Assembly (NCBI GenBank): GCA_030390025.1 | Contig: JASTWF010000327.1 | Coordinates: 496,001 to 540,300, forward strand | Direction of reading: 5' to 3' | Origin: Squalus acanthias | Taxonomy: Eukaryota | Length of the DNA stretch: 44,300 nucleotides | In this document: in pieces, positions 34,845 to 44,300 of the stretch | Position numbering within the stretch: position 1 is the first letter of the stretch | Layout of the letters: each line of letters begins with the position of its first letter | Notes under the pieces: generated by a model | Seen by the model: only the letters and a program-made list of their open reading frames with translations | Database searches by the model: none | What the model was told of the DNA's origin: nothing | Program-made: the position numbers and the translations under genes

Positions 34845-37800
34845 ATCCCATATGCCTTTTTAACCACCTTATCTACCTGTGCTGCTGCATTCAGGGATTT
34901 ATGTACATGCACACCAAGGTCCCTCTGATCCTCTGTCCTTCCTAGGGTCCTACCATTCATTGTGTATTCCCTTGCCTTGTTAGTCCTCCCAAAATGCATC
35001 ACCACACACTTTTCAAAGTTAAATTCCATTTGCCACTGTTCTGCCCATCTGACCAACCCGTCTATATCGTCCTGTAGCCTGAGGCTTCCCTCCTCGCTAT
35101 TTACCACTCCACCAATTTTCGTGTCATCTGCGAACTTACTGATCATACCTCCTACATTCATATCTAAATCATTAATGTACACTACAAACAACAGTGGACC
35201 CAGCACCGATCCCTGCGGTACACCACTGAACACAGGCTTCCAGTCACAAAAACAACCTTCGACCATCACCCTCTGCCTCCTACCACTAAGCCAATTTTGG
35301 ATCCAATTTGCCAAATTGCCCTGAATCCCATGGGCGTTTATCTTCTTGACCAGTCTCCCATGAAGTCCATGTAGACTACATCAACTGCACTACCCTCATC
35401 CACAAACCTGTTCACCCCCACGAAAAATTCAATCAAATTGGTCAGACATGATCTCCCCCTGACAAAGCCATGCTGATTATCCTTGATTAATCCTTGCCTC
35501 TCCAAGTGGAGACTAATTCTGTCCCTCAGAATTTTTTCAATAATTTCCCTACCACTGATGTTAGGCTCACTGGCCTGTAATTCCCTGGTTTATCCCTACT
35601 ACACTTCTTGAATAATGGTACTACGTTAGGTGTCCTCCAGACCTCTGGCACCTCCCCTGTGGCCAGGGAGGTTCTGAAAATTTGTGCCAGGGCCCCTGCA
35701 ATCTCCTCCCTTGCCTCACACAGGAGCCTTGGATACATCTCGTCTGGGCCTGGGGATTGATCCATCTTTAAACCCGCTAAAACCGCTAGTACCTCCTGCC
35801 TCTCAATACTAATTTGTTCAAATATATCAGAATCCCCCTGCCTGATTTCTATGCCTACATCGTCCTTCTCCATAGTGAACACAGATGCAAAATATTCATT
35901 TAAAACCTCACCCACATCTTTCGGCTCTACACACAGATTGCCACTTTGGTCCCTAAGGGGCCGTACTCTTTTCCTGGTTATCCTCTTGCACTTAATATAC
36001 TTATAAAACACCTTGGGATTTTCCTTTATTGTGCCCGCCAGTGTTTTATCATGCCCCCTCTTCGCTCTCCTAATTTCTTTTTTAAGTACCCCCCTGCACT
36101 TTCTATACTCCTCTTGGGCTTCCACTGTTTTTAGTCCTTTGTATCTGCCAAAAGCCTCCCTTTTTTCCCAATCCATTCTTGTATTTCCCTTGACATCCAG
36201 GGTTCCCTGGGCTTGTTGGTCCCACCCTTGACCTTTATGGGAGCATGTTGGCGTTGTACTCTCTCTATTTCCTTTTTGAAAGACTCCCACTGCTCTGATG
36301 TGGATTTTCCTACAAGTACTTTGTCCACTTTGGCCAGATCCTGCCTTGTCATATTAAAATCGGCCTTCCCCCAATTTAGAACCTTTATTTGCGGTCCATC
36401 TTTGTCCTTTTCCATGACTACCTTAAATCTCAACGAATTATGGTCACTGTCACCAAAATGCTCTCCGACTGACACTTCTACCACTTGCCCGGCTACATTC
36501 CCTAGAATTAGGTCCAGTACCTCCCCCTCTCTTGTTGGACTTTCTACATGCTGGCTCAAAAAGCTCTCCTGGATGCACTTTAAGAATTCCGCACCCTCTA
36601 AGCCTTTCACACTCTGACTATCCCAGTTAATATTGGGGAAGTTGAAATCCCCTGCTATTATTACCCTATTATTTCTACACTTCTCTGAGATTTGCCTGCA
36701 TATTTGTTCCTCTATCTCCCCCTGACTGTTTGGGGGCCTATAGTACACTCCCAGCAAAGTGCTGAGTATTCCATCACACTCATTACTTGTGCCTTGTAGA
36801 TGGTAGAAAGGCTTTGGGGAGTCAGGAGGTGAGACACTCGCCGCAGAATAACTAGCATCTGACCTGCTCTTGTCGCCACAATATTTATGTGGCTGGTCCA
36901 GTTAAGTTTCTGGTCAATGGTGACCCCCTGGATGTTGATGGTGGGGGATTCGGTGATGGTAATGCCATTGAATGACAAATGCGGTGGTTAGACTCTCGCT
37001 TGTTGGAGATCGTTATTACCTGGCACTTTTGTGGCGTGAATGTTGCCTGCCACTTATCAACCCAAGTCTGAACGTTGTCCAGGTCTTGTTGCATTCTGGG
37101 ATGGACTGCTTCATTATGTGAGGTGTTGTGAATGGCGCTGAACACTGTGCAGTCATCAGCGAACATCCCCATTTCTGACCTTATGTTGGAGGAAAGTTCA
37201 TTGATGAAGCAGCTGAAGATGGTTGGGCCTAGGACACTGCCCCGAGGAACTCCTGCAGCGATGTCCTGGGGCTGTGACAATCATCTTCCTTTGTGCTAGG
37301 TATGACTCCAGCCAGTGGAGCGTTTCCCCCCCGATTCCCATTGACTTCAGTTTTACTAGGGCTCCTTGATGCCACATTCGGTCAAATGCTGCCTTAATGT
37401 CAAGGGCACTCACTCTCACCTCACCTCTGGAATTCAGCTCCTTTGTCCATGTTTGGACCAAAGCTGTAATGAGGTCGGGAGCCCAGTGGTCTTGGCCGAA
37501 CCCAAACTGGGCATCAGTCAGCAGGTTATTGGTGAATAAGTGCCGCTTGATAACACAGTCGTTGACACCTTCCATCACTTTGATGATGATTGAGAGTAGA
37601 CTGATGGGGCGGTAATTGGCCAGATTGGATTTGTCCTGCTTGTTGTGGACAGGACAGGGCAGTTTTCCACATTGTCGGATAGATTCCATTGTTGTAGCTG
37701 TACTGGAACAGCTTGGCTAGAGGCGCGGCTAGTTCTGGAGCATGAGTTTTCAGCACGATAACCGGGATGTTGTTGGGGCCCATAGCCTTTGCTGAATCCA

Positions 37801-39044
37801 GTGCGCTCAGCCGTTTCTTGATATCACGTGGAGTGAATCGAATTGTCTGAAGACTGGCTTCTGTGATGGTGGGGACCTCAGGAGTCGGCCGATATGGATC
37901 ATCCACTCGGCACTTCTGGCTGAAGATGGCTGCAAACACTTTTGCACTCAAGTACTGGGCTCCACCATCATTGAGGATGGGGACATTCCTGGAGCCTCCT
38001 CCTCCCGTTAGTTGTTTAATGGTCCACCACCATTCATGACTGGATGTGGCAGGACTGCAGAGCTTTGATCTGATGGGACGGTGCAGAGAGAAACAGGGAT
38101 AGGTACATTTTTATTTTGACCATCAAATGCACAACGTTATTACACACTCGAGGTATATATCAGGAGATTCTGTGTGATGTTGAGGTGATCTCTGGACAAT
38201 AAACCACAGAGACTGGTGGGGAGCTGCTCATTATCCTCGGTGTGATTTCATTCCCTTCCCAACTGAATACTGCGGACAGACAGGATCACCATGGTAACGG
38301 ACTGGTCATTGTGACATCACTTTCTAAACAAGAGCACTCCGAATGTGTTATCAATAACATTTGAAGGAATTAAACGATCAGAAATTACATTTTGAATAAA
38401 ATAAAATAGTGAAAAATAACTGGTGAACATAATCATTTTTTGTGGAATGCACTTGCAAACATTGACAAAAATGTGTTTTGTATACACTCACACACACACA
38501 TCACACATATATACAGCACACACTTCTTGTATGCGCTCGATTCAATTGTTCCTCTTAACCAGATGAGAGATAGATAATACGGTGGACATTAGGACCCCGC
38601 GGCAGCCCATACGCCGGTGCTGTGAGGTCACGGTTCCAGGCTCTGTCACACAATCAGTGGGTCCCGCGAAAGATCAAGAGAAAATACTGCGGGAAAAATA
38701 AAGTAATCTTTAACACAACAGCGCTTGCCACTAAGTAGATCAAAGTGCAGTGCACTATTGCTCACCTTTAGTCCTGTCCCTCAATCCCAGCTCTTCTCTG
38801 GGAGCTTGTCACAAGATTCACCCCATCATTTCAACACAAATATTACCGACAAAATACCCGATCAATGAGAAATTACACACAGCTGCTAATAGCTATTAAC
38901 AACAATAAACTTATGCTTCCAACCATAAATGATTGCATCCTCCCAATCACTCACATATTGCAGTAACCAAAATTAATATCATACTTTAGGTTAATGTTAG
39001 AATATGTATAACATAGCATTAATGTACAGGGTGGAGGTGGCAAA

Positions 39045-42000
39045 TCTAGTGTAATATAAACAGAGACAGGGCCTTGTGCAGTATAAACAGAGACAGGGTC
39101 TAGTGTAATATAAACAGAGACAGGGTCTAGTGTTATATAAACAGAGACAGGGTCTAGTGTAATATAAACAGAGACAGGGTCCAGTGTAAAATAAACAGAG
39201 ACAGGGTCTAGTGTAATATAAACAGAGACAGGGTCTAGTGTAATATAAACAGAGACAGGGTCTAGTGTAAAATAAACAGAGACAGGGTCTAGTGTAATAT
39301 AAACAGAGACAGGGCCCAGTGTAATATAAACAGAGACAGGGTCTAGTGTAATATAAACAGAGACAGGGCCTAGTGTAATATAAACAGAGACAGGGCCTAG
39401 TGTAATATAAACAGAGACAGGGCCTAGTGTAATATAAACAGAGACAGGGCCTAGTGTAATATAAACAGAGACAGGGTCTGGTGTAATATAAACAGAGACA
39501 GGGTCTAGTGCAATATATACAGAGACAGGGCCTAGAGTAATATAAACAGAGACAGGGGCCTTGTGTAATATAAACAGAGACAGGGCCTAGTGTAATATAA
39601 ACAGAGACAGGGCCTAGTGTAATATAAACAGAGACAGGGTCTAGTGTAATATAAACAGAGACAGGGTCTAGTGTAATATAAATAGAGACAGGGTCTAGTG
39701 TAATATAAACAGAGACAGGGCCTTGTGTAGTATAAACAGAGACAGGGTCTCGTGTAATATAAACAGAGACAGGGCCTTGTGTAATATAAACAGAGACAGG
39801 GTGCAGTGTAATATAAACAGAGACAGGGTCTATTGTAATATAAACAGAGACAGGGTCTAGTGTAATATAAACAGAGACAGGGTCTAGTGTAATATAAAAA
39901 GAGACAGGGTCTAGTGTAATATAAACAGAGACAGGGCCTTGTGTAATATAAACAGAGACAGGGTCTAGTGTAATATAAACAGAGACAGGGTCTAGTGTAA
40001 TATAAACAGAGACTGGGTCTAGTGTAATATAAACAGAGACAGGGTCCAGTGTAATATAAACAGAGACGGGGTCTAGTGTAATATAAACAGAGACTGGGTC
40101 TAGTGTAATATAAACAGAGACAGGGCCTAGTGTAATATAAACAGTGACAGGGTCTAGTGTAATATAAACAGAGACTGGGCCTAGTGTAATATAAACTGCG
40201 ACATGGTCTTGTGCAGTAATATAAACAGAGACAGGGTCTAGTGTAATATAAACAGAGACAGGGCCTTGTGTAGTATAAACAGAGACAGGGTCTAGTGTAA
40301 TATAAACAGAGACAGGGTCTAGTGTAATATAAACAGAGACAGGGTCTCGTGTAATATAAACAGAGACAGGGCCTAGTGTAATATAAACAGAGACAGGGTC
40401 TCGTGCTGTAATAACTGAGACAGGGTCTAGTGTAACATAAACTGAGAGAGAGTCTAGAGTAATATAAACAGAGACAGGGTCTAGTGTAATATAAACAGAG
40501 GCAGGGTCTAGTGTAATATAAACAGAGACAGGGTCCAGTGTAATATAAACAGAGACAGGGTCTAGTGTAATATAAACAGAGACAGGGTCTAGTGTAATAT
40601 AAACAGAGACAGGGCCTTGTGTAGTATAAACAGAGACAGGGTCTAGTGTAATATAAACAGAGACAGGGTCTCGTGTAATATAAACAGAGACAGGGTCTAG
40701 TGTAATATAAACAGAGACAGGGTCCAGTGTAATATAAACAGAGACAGGGTCCAGTGTAATATAAACAGAGACGGGGTCTAGTGTAATATAAACAGAGACA
40801 GGGTCTAGTGTAATATAAACAGAGACAGGGCCTTGTGTAGTATAAACAGAGACAGGGTCTAGTGTAATATAAACAGAGACTGGGTCTAGTGTAATATAAA
40901 CAGAGACAGGGTCCAGTGTAATATAAACTGAGACATGGTCTTGTGCAGTAATATAAACAGAGACAGGGTCTAGTGTAATATAAACAGAGACAGGGCCTTG
41001 TGTAGTATAAACAGAGACAGGGTCTAGTGTAATATAAACAGAGACAGGGTCGAGTGTAATATAAACAGAGACAGGGTCTCGTGTAATATAAACAGAGACA
41101 GGGTCTCGTGTAATATAAACAGAGACAGGGCCTAGTGTAATATAAACAGAGACAGGGTCTCGTGCTGTAATAACTGAGACAGGGTCTAGTGTAACATAAA
41201 CTGAGAGAGAGTCTAGTGTAATATAAACAGAGACAGGGTCTAGTGTAATATAAACAGAGGCAGGGTCTAGTGTAATATAAACAGAGACAGGGACTAGTGT
41301 AATATAAACAGAGACAGGGCCTAGTGTAATATAAACAGAGACAGGGTCTAGTGTAATGTAAACAGAGACAGGTTCCAGTGTAATATAAACAGAGACAGGG
41401 CCTAGTGTAATATAAACAGAGACATGGTCTTGTGCAGTAATATAAACAGAGACAGGGTCTAGTGTAATATAAACAGAGACAGGGCCTTGTGTAGTATAAA
41501 CAGAGACAGGGCCTAGTGTAATATAAACAGAGACAGGGCCTAGTGTAATATAAACAGAGACAGGGTCTAGTGTAATGTAAACAGAGACAGGGTCCAGTGT
41601 AATATGAACAGAGACAGGGTCCAGTGTAATATAAACCGAGACAGGGTCTAGTGTAATATAAACAGAGACAGGGTCTCGTGTAATATAAACAGAGACAGGG
41701 CCTAGTGTAATATAAACAGAGACAGGGTCTAGTGTAATATAAACAGAGACAGGGTCTAGTGTAATATAAACAGAGACAGGGTCTCGTGTAATATAAACAG
41801 AGACAGGGTCCAGTGTAATATAAACAGAGACAGGGTCTCGTGTAATATAAACAGAGACAGGATCTAGTGTAATATAGACAGAGACAGGGTCCAGTGTAAT
41901 ATAAATAGAGACAGGGTCTAGTGTAATATAAACAGAGACAGGGTCTAGTGTAATATAGACAGAGACAGGGTCCAGTGTAATATAAATAGAGACAGGGTCT

Positions 42001-42168
42001 AGTGTAATATAAACAGAGACAGGGTCTAGTGTAATATAAACAGAGACAGGGTCTAGTGTAATATAAACAGAGACAGGGTCTAGTGTAATATAAACAGAGA
42101 CAGGGTCTAGTGTAGTATAAACAGAGACAGGGTCTAGTGTAATATAAACAGAGACAGGGTCTAGTGTG
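39045..42168 (+). repeat. 27-bp satellite, about 115 units, with higher-order internal duplication
   Basis: Continuous tandem array, and the source of the artefactual 1064-aa and 937-aa ORFs. Confidence 0.98.
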
Positions 42169-42529
42169 ACCCCCCATGATTTTGAACACATCTATTAAAT
42201 CTCCCCTGAACATTCTCGGCTCTAAGGAGAACAATCCCAGCTTCCAGCTGCTCTCACGGTGAACCTCACGCAGAGTAAAACTCAAGTTCTGTGAGTCCTT
42301 CTGCCTCGGGAACTCCCAGATGTTCCTTTGCGGAACCTCTGACACTTTTATATGGGTCCAGTGGAAATCCCGTGCACCTTTACAACAATTGGGAATAACA
42401 TCCCAGGCAAGATAAGAGAACCAGGCCCTGACAATTAAATGGATCGGTGTAAGCCTGGGCTCAGGCCCTGAACTTTAGACACACTGAGCTTAATGGCAAC
42501 ATTTTAAAATACAAGCTGTGATATGTTAA

Positions 42530-42980
42530 CAGACTCGGCTCAGTGGGATCACTCTCGCCTCGGAGTCAGAAGGTCATAGGTTCAAGCCCACACCCGAGAC
42601 CTGAGCCCATAATCTAGGCCGACACTCCCAGTGCAGTGCTGAGGGAGTGCTGCACTGTCGGAGGAGCCACCTTTCAGATGAGACGTTAAATCGAGACACC
42701 ATCTGTCCTCTCAAGTGAATATAAAAGATCCTATGGCACTATTTTAAAGAAGAGCAGGGGAGTTCGCCCTGGTGTCCTGGTTAATATTTATCCCTCAACC
42801 AAAATCACGAAACTCAGATATTTTGGTCAATATCCCCTTGCTGTTTGTGGGATCTTGCTGTGCGCAAATTGGCTGCAGCATTTCCTACTTTACAACAGTG
42901 ACTATATTTCCAAAGTTCTCATTGAATGCTTTGGGATGTCCTGAGGCAGTGAAAGGCGCTATATAAATGCAAGTTCTTTC
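42530..42980 (+). mobile_element. DeuSINE-like SINE (paralog of 22241-22692)
   Basis: Head with ggttcaagccc B-box, and the same core and tail. Confidence 0.75.
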
Positions 42981-43858
42981 TAAATGTTTAAAATCCAAGT
43001 TGCGATATGTTAAAAGCTCAGACATTACTGCGATTGTAGGACACTCCTCTGCTCACTGTTTTAACTTGTTTAGTTTCAATGGGTTGAAGCTTCCACTAAA
43101 TGTACATCCAGTGGAACACCAGCCTGTTCACAGATGTCCCATTGATTTCAGCAGCAGAACTTTCAGAACTGAATTCTTAATTTTAATATATTTTCCTTTT
43201 TGCTGTAAATCACATCTGTTCTAATTGAACAAAACTGAATCCAACGTCAATCTTCGAGATATTTCTATTCATTTTGTACTAACTGTCAATATTCTTAAAA
43301 TAAACCCTTGTTGTTAGTTGAAACGAATCAATAAGTGACTTTGTTGATCTAGTTTTGCTGCCATGAGCACTTCATGGAAACCAGTGAGGCGTTTATGTAA
43401 ATAAACACAGAAATAGAAGTCCCAGATTAGAGTATTGAGAGACAGAAACACAATAAATCTTTCCCCATCAACACAGAACAGAAATAAAGAGAGAAATGCA
43501 AATGTCTCAACGGATTCCAGCAACAATTGATTTTTGAGACATTTCTCTAAGTTGTAGGAGAATAAAGTAAAGATGATATCCATGTTCAGAATGGGGAAAG
43601 ATTCCCACAAGTCACCGTACATAGTGACATCACAAATGTGTGTGTGGAGATTTCCTGTATCCTCTTCCTCTCTGCCTCTCTTTCCTATTTCCACCTTCTG
43701 TCTTGCCTCTCAAGAATGGATCATTGCCTTCACCCCAAAACAAGATGTCAATTTCTTATAAAAGTTTTCCCTCAGCCCTATTCATAGACCTCGAACCAAA
43801 TTGATTGGAGTGCGCAGAGGGATCTTTAATATAAAATGTAACCTGTACATTAGATAAA

Positions 43859-44300
43859 CTGGGAGTGTTTGATGGGACAGTGTAGAGGGAGCTTTACTGT
43901 GTATCTATCACGTGCTGTACCTGCCCTGGGTGTGTTTGATGGGACAGTGTAGAGGGTTCTTTACTCTGTATCTATCACGTGCTGTACCTGCCCTGGGAGT
44001 GTTTGATGGGACAGTGTAGAGGGAGCTTTACTCTGTATCTAACCCGTGCTGTCCCTGCCCTGGGAGTGTTTGATGGGACAGTGTAGTGGGAGCTTTACTC
44101 TGCATCTAACCCGTGCTGTACCTGCCCTGGGAGTGTTTGATGGGACAGTGTAGAGGGAGCTTCACTCTGTATATAACCCTTGCTGTACCTGCCCTGGGAG
44201 TGTTTGATGGGACAGTGTAGAGGGAGCTTTACTCTGTATCTAACCCGTGCTGTTCCTGCCCTGGTTATGTTTGATGGAAAAGTGTAGAGGGAGCTTTACT
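43859..44300 (+). repeat. 67-bp satellite array running off the window end
   Basis: Tandem 67-mers. Confidence 0.96.

Larger units (their letters stand above)
33025..36755 (-). mobile_element. 5'-truncated, frameshifted CR1 LINE carrying Penelope and SINE insertions
   Basis: ORFs 36131..36757 (YYRPP, GDFN, SDHN), 35526..36290, 34841..35314 (QGSVLGP, FADD) and 33246..33644. Confidence 0.92.
32520..38073 (-). mobile_element. Second-family APE-RT LINE (pieces 32520-33026 and 36756-38073), split by a CR1 insertion
   Basis: RT motifs NYRPISLLS, DIKAAFD, RGSVLGP and FADD, and C-terminal LDTIQDKAVRLI. The sequence is continuous across the CR1 (...cattcaggca | aagtgctgagtattcc). Confidence 0.88.

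Noticed and set aside
38997..42345. 1064-aa and 937-aa ORFs (YITLDPVSV and Cys/Tyr-rich TRPCLCLYY repeats)
   Set aside because: They are translations of a 27-bp satellite that is stop-free in two frames. The longer ORF switches repeat frame internally and starts in a CR1 remnant.
1..44300. Recombination signal sequences and Ig/TCR exons
   Set aside because: The CACAGTG/CACTGTG hits I noticed lie inside TEs with no properly spaced nonamer, and no Ig-domain ORF is visible. The scan was by eye only.

Overview
This is repeat-dominated vertebrate genomic DNA. The repeat inventory (CR1 LINEs with (CTATGTTT)n-type tails, DeuSINE- and V-SINE-like elements, a 67-bp GGGAGTGTTTGATGGGACAGTG satellite) points to a cartilaginous fish, most likely a shark; that assignment is inference. 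I found no convincing host protein-coding gene. The window holds nested CR1, CR1/L2-group, L2 and Penelope-like retroelements, including one near-complete CR1 with ORF1 (zinc-finger/SGNH esterase) and ORF2 (APE-RT). It also holds hairpin-rich TIR elements (MITE-like), three satellite families (27, ~47 and 67 bp) and an 18-bp minisatellite. The small non-TE islands are themselves a patchwork of direct and inverted local duplications (modules U1-U4). They carry a strong CTCF motif, a RUNX/ETS/E-box cluster resembling a lymphoid enhancer, a 4-copy octamer/CRE-decamer promoter-like module and RFX-like X-boxes. The most notable observations are these regulatory-looking islands, minimal hammerhead-ribozyme motifs in the Penelope ends, a LINE with a tRNA-like 5' head and the multi-hairpin TIR elements. 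All boundaries were read by eye and may be off by some bases.
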